Assembly: GCA_965277805.1 (NCBI GenBank)
Contig: OZ255842.1
Location: forward strand, 2,656,001-2,720,000
Origin: Candidatus Lustribacter sp.
GTDB taxonomy: Bacteria; Vulcanimicrobiota; Vulcanimicrobiia; Vulcanimicrobiales; Vulcanimicrobiaceae
Length of the DNA stretch: 64,000 nucleotides
Reading direction: 5' to 3'
A program made the position numbers and the translations under genes. The notes beneath the pieces are model-generated. The model ran no database searches. It was not told where the DNA came from and saw only the letters and a list, made by a program, of their open reading frames with translations. Shown here piece after piece: positions 50,580-60,251 of the stretch. Within the stretch, counting starts at the first letter, position 1. Each line of letters starts with the position of its first letter.

Positions 50580-51270
50580 GATATGCGCTCCGAGCCGATC
50601 CAGCGCACCGTGCTGCGCGCCCGGAACGAGAAATTTGCAGCGACGGTTGGACCACTGTGGACGAGGATCGCTGCAGCATCGTTGGATCGACCCCGCTCGA
50701 GAGCATCGTAGTCGCCGCCGTATTCCGCGCGTCGTGCAGTCGCGTTGTCGATAGCCCGGCCTTGAGAGCTAGGCGAGCGAACCCGTTGTTTCGCCGCCTT
50801 GGGCGTGAGGCGCTCTCCCAGCTCATCGGTGAAAGCTGCCCCTCGTCCCGGTAGAGGCCCCGTCCACATTGCTGGTCGGCCTCTTGCACCGCCTCTGTGT
50901 CTTAACCGGCATTGACGTTACGAAGTGCGGCTCTCTCGTGGGGAATACGTGTGCAGCTCGTCGCACGTAAGGTTTGCACGTTGGTCTCGGGTGTCCGTCC
51001 GTCAAAGGCGAGGGCATTCACATCTGACGAGATCACGTCTCTTCTCTTTGTTTCCCGCGGCTCGCGCTGGAAAGCGTTCGTCGTCCATGCGCTAACGATC
51101 GGTGCACGCCGCGGCGAGCCCTGTGGCAGAACTGGGAACATGTTGATCTCAATGAGGGCCGGGTGACCATCCGTCAGTCGGTTTCGCAGATCAACTCCGT
51201 CGCGATCAAAGGGACGAGATCCGGCCGCGCCCGCGGGTTGCCGCTCTCAACGAGAGCGATCGAGGATTCG
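50580..51270. pseudogene. Tyrosine integrase remnant, frameshifted and split over both strands
   Basis: Plus strand: ALTIGARRGE and KGTRSGRARGLPL; minus strand: FTDELG, AGLSTTRLHDARNTAATTML, AAILVHS. Confidence 0.85.
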
Positions 51271-51422
51271 AAAAGTAAACTAGAACGCATAGTCGATAAG
51301 CTTCTAATTTCGCCCATGTGAACAAATCTCGGGATCTGTGAGTACGAGACACGAAAAGAGTGCGCTCGCTCGCTTGTGCGGGGTGCGCGTCCCGACAACG
51401 CGAATTGTAGGATGCTGACGAC

Positions 51423-53906
51423 ATGCCAAGCGAAATGCCGGTGGAACGGCCCGCGTTCGGCGCGCTATTGCGCCGCCTACGCATCGAGGCGGACCTTTCT
51501 CAGGAGTTGCTGGCTGAGCGAGCGCACATCAGTCGCGCCGCGGTTAGCTCTCTGGAACGCGGGGCCAGGCACGCGCCGCAACGGCAAACGCTAACACTGT
51601 TAGCCCAGGCGCTTCGGCTGGACGCGAATCAACTCGCTCTTCTCGAAGATGCGGCCCGCCAATCGACGACCCGGCACCCCCGGCGAAACGATAGCGTCGA
51701 TGCGAATAACCAAGAGGTCGGACCGGCTGCGAACGTTCCCGCTACGCCGACGTCATTCGTCGGCCGAACTGTCGAGAGCGAAGCTCTATTAGGATTACTG
51801 CGCGCTGGATCGTGCGTCACGGTGTGGGGAAGCGGCGGTATCGGCAAGACTCGCCTCGTCATGGAGACTCTTTCGCTCGCCGCTACGCGCTTTAAGGGCG
51901 GCATCTTTTTCATATCATTGGCGGAGCTGACCAACCCGGCGGACATCCTGCGAACAATCGCGGCTTCAATCGACGTTCGCGAAGAAACGGAACGGCCGCT
52001 ACTCGAGACGATCGTAGATGTACTGCGCAACCTCCAGGCGCTACTTATCTTCGATAACGCCGAACATCTCGTCGCGGAATGCGCCCTCGTTGTCGCGCGT
52101 CTATTGAGCGACGCGCCGGGGCTCACAATCGTATGTACCAGTCGCGAACCACTGCGAATCGGGGGTGAGAGGGTGTTCGCGTTGGAACCGTTACCGGTGC
52201 CCGACCCAGATGATCCCGTCTTAGCAAATGCGCCGGCGGTTCGGTTGTTTCTCGATCGGGCTGAGAGTGCGGGCGTACGCTTCAACTACGCGGCCGAGCT
52301 GCGCACAATCGCCGCCATTTGTGTGCGTTTAGATGCGATCCCCCTAGCAATTGAGCTTGCAGCTGCTCGTACGCCCTTAATGAGCGCACGACAAATCGAG
52401 CGCCTGCTGGACGATCGCTTCCAGCTGCTGAACCGTGGCGATCGGAGCGCCGCAGCTCGGCATCAAACCCTTATCGGTGTGCTCGATTGGAGCAACGCCC
52501 TCTTGAGCGAAGCCGAGCGCATTGTGCTTCGGCGCGTTGCCGTCTGGCCTGGCAATTGGACGCTTGACGACGCCGTCTCGGTTGTAGGCGACGATCTTCT
52601 CGATCGCTGGGCGACGATAACGGCCCTCGGAGACCTCGTGAACCGCTCGTTGATCGTCGCGTTCGAAGCGCCCGAAGAGCGTCACTACAGGCTCCTACAA
52701 ACGACGCAGGCGTATGCGCTCGAACAAGCCCGCGCAGCTGGCGAGTCCGCGTTAATTGAACGGCGCCAGGCCGAGCGTCTTCGCAATGTTGTTTTGGAGG
52801 CGTCCGAGGCGTGGCGAAGTGGTGACGACCTCCCGTTCCGGCGAATCGAGACGGCATCTCTGCGTGCAGCTCTGCGCTGGGCAATTACGTTACGCGGCGA
52901 TGTGTCGCTCGGCGCTGTTATAGCAGGCGATGCGGCAATGGCCTGGGATTTTCGCGGCGCGCATCAAGAAGGCTTGAACTGGATCGAGGAGGCACTCGCT
53001 GCTCTGGAGCCAAGCGACGTTGCGCCGCGCGTTCGTGCTTTAATCGGGTCAGCGCGACTTGCCCGCCGTCTACACGAGTATGTCCGCGCCTTCGACATCG
53101 GGCATCGTGCCGCTGAGCTTGCCGCATCGGTAGACGATCGCAGGCACCGGGCCATCGCACTCTTACTCACTGGACATCCCGCGATGACAATCGGAGAGTC
53201 GGAGTTGGGGCGCGCAGCGCTGCGAGAGGCGGCTGAAATTTTTGAAGAACTTGGCGACGACCGGGGATTGACCGGCGCCTTCTACGAGCTGGCGGCGGTT
53301 GCATTTCTTGCCGGCGACTTCGAGGAAGCTCGTAGCCGCCTTGCCGAACTCGCAACGCGCTTTCGCAACGCTGGAAATGCTCGGCCAGCAACCGAAGCGA
53401 CAATCGATCTTGCTGAGGCAGAATTTCACCTCGGCAACACCCACGAGGCCATTGCGCGTGCGAGCGATGCACTTGCGAGCGCGCGAAGGCTCGGTTCAAC
53501 GCTGCTTGTCGTAACGGCGACCCAGAATATCGCTGGATACTTGATTCAAGCTGGTGACCTCGCACAGGCTCTGTCTTATGCGCGTTCATCGCTTGACCTT
53601 GCACTCGCGCACGCCTATCGAGTACATGCCGGTTATTCGGTCCTCCACATCGCGGCAATTTTAGCGTTGTGCGACGACGCCTATGACGCAGCGCTTTTAT
53701 GCGGCTACGCGAAGGCACGATTACATCAACGTAACGATCGTCATCAATCGACCGAACTCCAAGAGTATGTTTCGCTGCAGAGACGCCTCAATCAGGCCTT
53801 TACTGCCGAGGTCTGTCGCGCGCTCATTGCTGAGGGCGCCGAACTCGACGACGACGAAGCCATGGCGCTCATATCGGACATCACGCCATCTATCGCGGCT
53901 GGGTAG
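51423..53906 (+). CDS. XRE-HTH + STAND (NB-ARC-like) ATPase + TPR regulator
   Basis: LSQELLAERA..SSLERG, TSFVGR, GSGGIGKTRL, FDNAEH, TSREPL, LDAIPLAIELAAAR. Confidence 0.9.
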   Translation: MPSEMPVERPAFGALLRRLRIEADLSQELLAERAHISRAAVSSLERGARHAPQRQTLTLLAQALRLDANQLALLEDAARQSTTRHPRRNDSVDANNQEVGPAANVPATPTSFVGRTVESEALLGLLRAGSCVTVWGSGGIGKTRLVMETLSLAATRFKGGIFFISLAELTNPADILRTIAASIDVREETERPLLETIVDVLRNLQALLIFDNAEHLVAECALVVARLLSDAPGLTIVCTSREPLRIGGERVFALEPLPVPDPDDPVLANAPAVRLFLDRAESAGVRFNYAAELRTIAAICVRLDAIPLAIELAAARTPLMSARQIERLLDDRFQLLNRGDRSAAARHQTLIGVLDWSNALLSEAERIVLRRVAVWPGNWTLDDAVSVVGDDLLDRWATITALGDLVNRSLIVAFEAPEERHYRLLQTTQAYALEQARAAGESALIERRQAERLRNVVLEASEAWRSGDDLPFRRIETASLRAALRWAITLRGDVSLGAVIAGDAAMAWDFRGAHQEGLNWIEEALAALEPSDVAPRVRALIGSARLARRLHEYVRAFDIGHRAAELAASVDDRRHRAIALLLTGHPAMTIGESELGRAALREAAEIFEELGDDRGLTGAFYELAAVAFLAGDFEEARSRLAELATRFRNAGNARPATEATIDLAEAEFHLGNTHEAIARASDALASARRLGSTLLVVTATQNIAGYLIQAGDLAQALSYARSSLDLALAHAYRVHAGYSVLHIAAILALCDDAYDAALLCGYAKARLHQRNDRHQSTELQEYVSLQRRLNQAFTAEVCRALIAEGAELDDDEAMALISDITPSIAAG

Positions 53907-54090
53907 CTTCCGCTCCTGGAAGTGCAAGCGGCCGGTGGTTAATGATCTCGCGGCGTGCAAGGCTCCCGCTCGTGTAGTAGATGTCCGCGTAAACTGTATG
54001 CATGTGCCTTTTGCCATCGCGCGCCTCCCCTTACGATCGCAAAAGCTGCGGCGACATCGCAGCGCTTCATGATTGAAAGGGTGCTCTTCA

Positions 54091-55467
54091 ATGGCTAACG
54101 TGTGTCTGTTGCAACAGAGTCAGGCCAATGGAAACTGGAGTAGTCCGGTCGAGCTTGGCGGCGAAGCAAAGCTTGTTGCAGGATATCAGAACAGTGACGG
54201 TCGGCTGGAAGTCTTTTGGACTGACCAGAACGATAACATCTTCCATAATTGGCAGATTTCGGCAAACTCGGGGGCAACTTTTGGTCCCTGGAAAGGCGCA
54301 AATGCATTCGGCGGTGCCGCAAAGCAACTCGCACTTACGCGCGACAGCCTAAATCAATTGACGCTCGTGTATATCGGCCTAGACGACCAGCTCTACACGA
54401 CGCACAACGTCGCAGGTAATTGGTCGCCCCTCACATCCTTTGGCGCGCAAGCGGTGAAACAGTTCACTATTGCTATGAATTTGGATGGCCGGTTGGAAAT
54501 TTTATTTATCGGCCTCGCCGACAACTTCATCTACGATACGTGGCAGTCACCACCGAACCTCGACTGGAAGATTCCGGTCAAAACGCCATGGGCGGCAAAA
54601 CAAATCGCGCTCGCTCGCAACGCCGACGGTCGCCTCGAATTTTTCTACGTCGGCTTGAACGGTCAGATCTACCACGCGTGGCAACAGAAGGCAGCTGCAG
54701 GCCCATGGTTGGAGGCGCAGCTCAGCGGCGGTGCTCAGACGATCGTAACCGGTAACAACAGCGACGGTCGCATCAGCATTTTCTACATTGGTCTCGATGG
54801 CTACATCTACCACAATTCCCAAGTCGCGCCGAATTCCGGTACATGGGGTGGAGATATCCGGGCCTATCAAAATCCGGACCCCGACTTTCCCATCTACGAC
54901 GGTGGGGGCATTACATTGGCGCTCGGGCGCAATGCCGACGGCCGGCTACAACTCTTCTACGAGGGAATCGACGGGTACGCGTACAGCACGTGGGAAGCCA
55001 CGCAGAACGGAATGTTTACCGGCGGCAACCGGGTTACTCCGGCTACGGCGTTCTCGCCAATGACCGCAATGGACGGACGCATTTCGTTGTTCTACGTGGG
55101 CCAAACGTATTCGCCGACGGCTAATGCCTATATTGAACAAGGTGGATTTCAGGCGTACGTGCAGTGCACGAACTTAATGCCTGGTAGTGAGATCTACGTT
55201 GGCTGGAGCTCCCACGACGGAAACGGTCTGACGACCGGCGGCTCTTCGGTCTTTTCCGCCAATGTGGACAATGGGGTCGACCAGCCTATTCCCGACGCCT
55301 TCCTTCCAAACACCGTCGGCGCGACGATCGACATCGGCATTATGGAGAATATTGACATCCAACCGAACGGAAAGGGCTGGCATCTATGTCCGCCGCAAAC
55401 GCTCCCGCCGGGAACCGTTCAGCGCGCTATTCCACAAAGGTTGAGCGGTAGCGGCCAGCCCGTGTAG
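54091..55467 (+). CDS. Seven-bladed PLL-like lectin beta-propeller plus C-terminal domain; no signal peptide
   Basis: Seven repeats of N(A/S)DGRL-x-x-F-x-x-G-x-D/N-x-x-IYH-x-WQ type. Confidence 0.8.
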   Translation: MANVCLLQQSQANGNWSSPVELGGEAKLVAGYQNSDGRLEVFWTDQNDNIFHNWQISANSGATFGPWKGANAFGGAAKQLALTRDSLNQLTLVYIGLDDQLYTTHNVAGNWSPLTSFGAQAVKQFTIAMNLDGRLEILFIGLADNFIYDTWQSPPNLDWKIPVKTPWAAKQIALARNADGRLEFFYVGLNGQIYHAWQQKAAAGPWLEAQLSGGAQTIVTGNNSDGRISIFYIGLDGYIYHNSQVAPNSGTWGGDIRAYQNPDPDFPIYDGGGITLALGRNADGRLQLFYEGIDGYAYSTWEATQNGMFTGGNRVTPATAFSPMTAMDGRISLFYVGQTYSPTANAYIEQGGFQAYVQCTNLMPGSEIYVGWSSHDGNGLTTGGSSVFSANVDNGVDQPIPDAFLPNTVGATIDIGIMENIDIQPNGKGWHLCPPQTLPPGTVQRAIPQRLSGSGQPV

Positions 55468-55801
55468 CGTTAGAGGAAGGCGTGAAGCCAATTGAACACG
55501 GTCGCCCCGACCGATGTCACGGCCAGATGGCCCTGCCCGTAGTGGAACCCAGCGGGGTGCGATGGATCGCTTCCTCCGGCGAGGTTCGCTGGGTCGCGGC
55601 AACAGGCGCGGAGATCCCTACATTGGACGATGCGTACCGACGGGCCGATTACTGCCGAGCCCGGCATTCATGGTGATTTAGCTGCCGTGCCAGCGCGGGA
55701 CGGACCACTCTACGTAATTCATGTTCCGCGCCCTTGGCGGGTATAGCAGTCGGCCGCGATTACGCCTGAATTGGCGACATGAGGCTCCGCCGCCATCCGT
55801 G

Positions 55802-56488
55802 TTACCAGCGGCCAGCGGCAATGACGAGTGGTAATCCGATCGTGCACATCGCTAGCGCCATTAAGCACATTGCGAGAGACGATGCGGCAGCCGCAGTCTC
55901 ACTTTCCGTTGCTGCCTGTGCTGTACCAATGCCGTGAGAGATTGCGCCAAGCGCGAGTCCGCGACTGCGTTGATCTCGCACGCCGATGACATTTAATGAA
56001 GCCGGACCGATGCTGGCACCAATGACACCGACCGCGATGACGGAAATCGCCAACACCGCCGACGGTGCGTGCGCTAACGGGGCTAGCTGAGACGAGATTG
56101 CAAGTGTCACGGATTTTAAGACGAGCACACCGGACAAGCTCGCCGGCAAACCGAGTACATGCGCGAGTAGAAGTGCACACGCTACCGATGCTACGAAGCC
56201 GCAGCCGAGCGCTAAGAATATCGCACGCACATTTAAGACAAGCATATCTCGGTGTTTGACTATGAGTACCGCGAGCGCAGCGGTGGAAGGCCCAAGCCAG
56301 CCGGAAAGTATCGCACCGCCGGGTTCATAGGCCGCGTATGGAATGCGCGCGAGCAGGAGCACCGAAATGACAAGGACCACGGTGCTGAACACCGGCGTAG
56401 TTGCTGGATTCTGCCATCGCCGGCGCAAACTTAGGCTCACGGTATAGGCGCCGATCGTGAGAACGACCCCGAAGACGACCCCTGCCAT
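55802..56488 (-). CDS. lrgB: LrgB/CidB family membrane protein
   Basis: LGPSTAALAV, KSVT, GLALGAISHGIGTA. Confidence 0.88.
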   Translation of the reverse strand: MAGVVFGVVLTIGAYTVSLSLRRRWQNPATTPVFSTVVLVISVLLLARIPYAAYEPGGAILSGWLGPSTAALAVLIVKHRDMLVLNVRAIFLALGCGFVASVACALLLAHVLGLPASLSGVLVLKSVTLAISSQLAPLAHAPSAVLAISVIAVGVIGASIGPASLNVIGVRDQRSRGLALGAISHGIGTAQAATESETAAAASSLAMCLMALAMCTIGLPLVIAAGRW

Positions 56489-56994
56489 CACATGCAATTC
56501 CTATAAAGACAAAGATGTTGCGCCACTAAGCCTGTTATTGCGATGCCGACAGTAACGCTGACGCTGAGGGTCACTGCAAGCGGGAGCACGATCGGAACGA
56601 GCATACTCCAAGAGCCGAGGATCGCGATTGCGAGCGGCACGAAGAATAGAGAGAGGTGGCGCGTGAGTAGTAACGCGGTCGGTTCGAAGAAACACCGCGC
56701 CGATCGAACCATCGCCAGCAACGCAAACATCACGATAACTGCAAGCGCGTTCCCAGATAGGGGCGCATGGAGCCGTTGAACGAGACCGTTCGCAGCGGCG
56801 CTTACAAGCCACAATACGAGAAGCGGCGATACCCGGCGTGCGATGTGGCCGCCGATCGCAGCGATGGAGGACACCGTTAGCCGCAGCCGAGTCGACGACG
56901 CTTGTATGCTCGCCTTAGACGGAAGGCCACCCGGTGTTTGTTTCGCGCGTGGTGCCGCGCCACGAATGTACCAGAATCTGAGCAAAATATGCAC
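56488..56994 (-). CDS. lrgA: CidA/LrgA family membrane protein; start uncertain
   Basis: PLSGNAL, LTRHLSLFFVP; TGATG overlap with lrgB. Confidence 0.8.
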   Translation of the reverse strand: MHILLRFWYIRGAAPRAKQTPGGLPSKASIQASSTRLRLTVSSIAAIGGHIARRVSPLLVLWLVSAAANGLVQRLHAPLSGNALAVIVMFALLAMVRSARCFFEPTALLLTRHLSLFFVPLAIAILGSWSMLVPIVLPLAVTLSVSVTVGIAITGLVAQHLCLYRNCM

Positions 56995-57253
56995 AGGCGC
57001 AGTATCGCTCGCCGAAGGGTGCTTCGCGAGTGACAGTAGGACAAATTACGCGTACAACTCGGCGAGCCTGGCGTCGACCTGGGTGCGCGGCAGCCCGTCG
57101 TGGTCGCAAGACAATGGGGCGCTCAATGCTTAGGCGCCTGCAGCTTTCGATCCCACCGGCAATCAATTGGGTCGCAGCCGTATGCCGAGTACCTCGATGA
57201 ACGGACGCGTAATCGAGAAAGGCTATTGAAGGGCTAGCGCCATTCAGCGGGAT

Positions 57254-57883
57254 CTACGCCAAGCCCACCCGCATGGCGTGAACCGCTGCTTGCGTGCGCG
57301 CCGTGCAATTGAATTTCGTGAAGATGCGGCTCACGTGATTTTTTATCGTCTTTTCCGACAGATGGAGATTTCCGCCGATTTCTTTGTTCGACATGCCCTC
57401 GACAATCAACCGGATGACATCTACTTCGCGAGTTGAAAGATCGAGCAAATCCGCGGGTTGCCGGTTCGAGCCGCGATGAATCAAACGTCCTGCGAGACGG
57501 GAGTCGACGTACGTTTCGCCCAACGCGACCGACTTGACGGCGCGAAGAAACTCGCTGGGTGTGACATCCTTCACGATATAGCCGTCAACGCCGGCCCTCA
57601 GGCAGCGCTGCATGACTTCGGGCTGCAAATGCATTGACAGCGCGCAGATACGAACGTCTGGTGAGGCGCTGCGGCTGATTTGGACGACTTCCACGAGATC
57701 CATGCTGCTGTCGATATCGATGATGATGACGTGCGGACGCAGCGAACGCAGAACTTCTTCCGTGAGCGCGTCAACGTCACCAATAACTTCAAATGCTGAA
57801 TCCTGTGCGAGCATGTGGCCAAGCGCTTTTGAAAAAAGAACCTGGTTTCCGACGATGAGAGTCCGGCTAGAAACGGCGAGCAC
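57254..57883 (-). CDS. NarL/LuxR-family response regulator
   Basis: REC domain (IIDID, YIVKD) plus LSTREVDVI..SNKEIG..SEKTIKNHVS. Confidence 0.92.
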   Translation of the reverse strand: MLAVSSRTLIVGNQVLFSKALGHMLAQDSAFEVIGDVDALTEEVLRSLRPHVIIIDIDSSMDLVEVVQISRSASPDVRICALSMHLQPEVMQRCLRAGVDGYIVKDVTPSEFLRAVKSVALGETYVDSRLAGRLIHRGSNRQPADLLDLSTREVDVIRLIVEGMSNKEIGGNLHLSEKTIKNHVSRIFTKFNCTARTQAAVHAMRVGLA

Positions 57884-58279
57884 TTCAAAAATCCTTACTT
57901 ATTGCAATGCTAGATTGCATTGCGGTGGTATGTGTGCCCAATATACCCGGTGCATTTAGCGTTCTATATCCCGTGAATAGGGGAGTCTCTTCGAGACTTA
58001 GCCGGACTTAAGCGTGAAAGTGTCCGATCTGTGCATTTTTGTCACGAACTTTTAACGAAACGTCTCGATGTTTTCGATCAGTCTAAAACGCAAGCGGAAT
58101 CTTTTTGTAAAGGTATTGTAGAGATTACAAGCGAGAGCGCGCAATTTCTGATTCGTGCCAGATTGTGTAATGATAGCTTAACGATATGCCGCTTTGCTCG
58201 TGCGGACGTCGGCAATTTGCTCGCGTAAAAAGCCGAGCTCGTAATAGTGACCGCGAAGCCGCGATTTGTTCGAATTGTC

Positions 58280-58555
58280 TCAGGATCTACCGGTCCTTGC
58301 CGGACGTTCGGGTGGTGGACCCTTGGCGGCCGCGGCGCTGCATATCTCGCATAGCTCGATTATCCGCGGTTCGAGGTCCGGGCGGCGCCGGCGCCACACG
58401 GTGACCGGGGTGCCAGGTAGGCGCGATATGAACCCGCACGCCCGGCAGCGCATAGCCTCGTCCTCATCTAGCTCGCCCTGACCATCGAGCAGGTAATCGG
58501 CGGCGATCGCCGCGCAAGCTGCGGCGTCAAAGCCCCCCGCAAAAGAATCATTCAC
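58280..58555 (-). CDS. Hypothetical Cys-pair protein (phage-like)
   Basis: CRACG...LCEIC; overlaps the upstream ORF. Confidence 0.4.
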   Translation of the reverse strand: MNDSFAGGFDAAACAAIAADYLLDGQGELDEDEAMRCRACGFISRLPGTPVTVWRRRRPDLEPRIIELCEICSAAAAKGPPPERPARTGRS

Positions 58556-58865
58556 ACACGGATACCGCCGGCAGGTAGCGGCGCTTAGGTGAAGTCCGCA
58601 ACGGCGTTCTGCGGCGTGACGCTGGCGCTATGGGCGTTGTGCCGCTCGTCGTTACCAGGGCGCGGTCGAACCGAGCCCACCAGGTCTTGCTGTCGGAGGC
58701 GTCGACCCTCAGCGTCTGCCTGCCGTGCGACAACGTAACCGTCGTGCCGGTGCGGACGTCAGGCAAGCGCTCGCGCACCTCGCGGGTGACGAGTTCAGGC
58801 CTGGGCTGTAGAAACATCGGCATCCGGCGGCCTTCGCCGAAGTCACCTTTTCGTCCGCCGTTCAC
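58548..58865 (-). CDS. Hypothetical protein
   Basis: ORF only. Confidence 0.3.
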   Translation of the reverse strand: MNGGRKGDFGEGRRMPMFLQPRPELVTREVRERLPDVRTGTTVTLSHGRQTLRVDASDSKTWWARFDRALVTTSGTTPIAPASRRRTPLRTSPKRRYLPAVSVCE

Positions 58866-58985
58866 CGAGCCGCTTGTGGGAAACGTACCAGACTATTGCC
58901 CCGGTGCTGGATGTTCATGGGCGGCCGTCGCACCCCCGAAGCGATCAAGCTAGCGTAAGTTTCGTATGGAATTGGATCGGCGCGT

Positions 58986-59017
58986 TTAAAAGCCCGTAAC
59001 ACGGGCTTTTGTCTTTG
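58986..59017 (+). repeat. Second copy of the tRNA-fMet 3' flank / terminator
   Basis: TTAAAAGCCCG-TAACACGGGCTTTTGTCTTTG versus 50495-50527; one indel and one mismatch. Confidence 0.85.
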
Positions 59018-59032
59018 TCAATCGGCTGCGCA

Positions 59033-59317
59033 TTAGCCGATTGGGGATCTTCGATCGGAGCCGCGCTTTCGAAACATCGTTGCGGGCGTATCGCACCTGG
59101 GACAGAGTGCGGCCCGCTCAACTCGCATCACGTGTACGCCGCACATTACCGTTCCGCAGGCGCCGCAGCGCCAGGCCGGGATTGCACGACAGGGCAAGCC
59201 GTTGGTCTTGATGTGGGCGCATTTCGCCCCAATCGAACGGCGTTCGCGCGCTCTTCGCTGTTGAGACATCGGTCGAAGGATACCAAGTGATCGGTAACAT
59301 GCGGGTAAACGGTTCAA
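59033..59317 (-). CDS. Small Cys/His-rich zinc-finger-like protein (alternative start 59269)
   Basis: C-x9-C..CGACG..MCGVH..CPRC. Confidence 0.55.
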   Translation of the reverse strand: MNRLPACYRSLGILRPMSQQRRARERRSIGAKCAHIKTNGLPCRAIPAWRCGACGTVMCGVHVMRVERAALCPRCDTPATMFRKRGSDRRSPIG

Positions 59318-60177
59318 AGTACGAGAGCGAGGATCTCTCGATCCGACATGCAGGCGGCGTGCAACCGCGCCAAGGCGTCATCCGAGCGCTCTTTCGTGCC
59401 GGACCGCACGATCGCAATCAGGGCCTTCTTCTGTTTGGCATCGAGCGGCTGACACAACGCCGTAACCGCGTGCGTTGCAGCTGCAACGAGCGGCGGATTA
59501 GAAGCCGGAGCGCTAACCATCGAAACAACGGGCGCCGGCACCGGAGCCGCTACGACGCCCACAGTGTGCGAACTTGATACGGGCGGTAGTGCCGCTCCAC
59601 TATTCGCGTTCGGCGACGCGGGAACCGTGATCACCGTCGGCGGAGACGGCGGCGAAATCGGGTTTGCGCTCGGGTTTGTTGAACCAGTGAATTTAATGCC
59701 CGCGCAGCGCTTTGCGAGGCTCGCATATTGCCCGTTCGGATCGAAAGCAAATCCTTGCTTCATCATGGATAAACACGTGTCGATCTGACGCTGGAACAGC
59801 ACTTCGTTCACGAATTCCTGACACTTCTTATTGGTGCCGTTGAGGGGGATGACCAAACCGATCGTGCCGCCGGTATCCGAGTAACCCGAGCCGCCGATGC
59901 CGGCTAACGCTGACGAAGTGTCGTCCCGATAGATGCTCGAAGCAACATATGGTCCACTGCAGCTAATACCCGGGCCGAACGAGTTGGCCGAGGGATCAAA
60001 AAAGTTGTTTTGCTGACTGATATTTTGTCCGGTGGGATTTGAAACAGCGGTCGCCTGCGTGGTTTGTTGATTCGGGGTTATGTTTACGGTTTGGCCGGGT
60101 GCCGACTGCGCGTATGCCGGTGCAATGGTCATCAGCGTGATCGCAATCGCGCCGCAAAACGTTATGAGAGTTCGCAT
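59314..60177 (-). CDS. Secreted hypothetical protein with Cys residues and Pro-rich linker
   Basis: GAGG RBS, signal peptide ending AYA-Q, SFGPGISCSGP, GTIGLVIPL. Confidence 0.75.
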   Translation of the reverse strand: MRTLITFCGAIAITLMTIAPAYAQSAPGQTVNITPNQQTTQATAVSNPTGQNISQQNNFFDPSANSFGPGISCSGPYVASSIYRDDTSSALAGIGGSGYSDTGGTIGLVIPLNGTNKKCQEFVNEVLFQRQIDTCLSMMKQGFAFDPNGQYASLAKRCAGIKFTGSTNPSANPISPPSPPTVITVPASPNANSGAALPPVSSSHTVGVVAAPVPAPVVSMVSAPASNPPLVAAATHAVTALCQPLDAKQKKALIAIVRSGTKERSDDALARLHAACMSDREILALVL

Positions 60178-60251
60178 GTGATAATACCTCAAGGCGTGGA
60201 TGGACGTGACTGCGCCGGAGCCGAGACACCGGCGCAATCTGTCGAGCGTCT

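Noticed and set aside
55482-55676. Small ORF after the lectin gene
   Set aside because: No convincing RBS or motif; cannot be supported from sequence alone.
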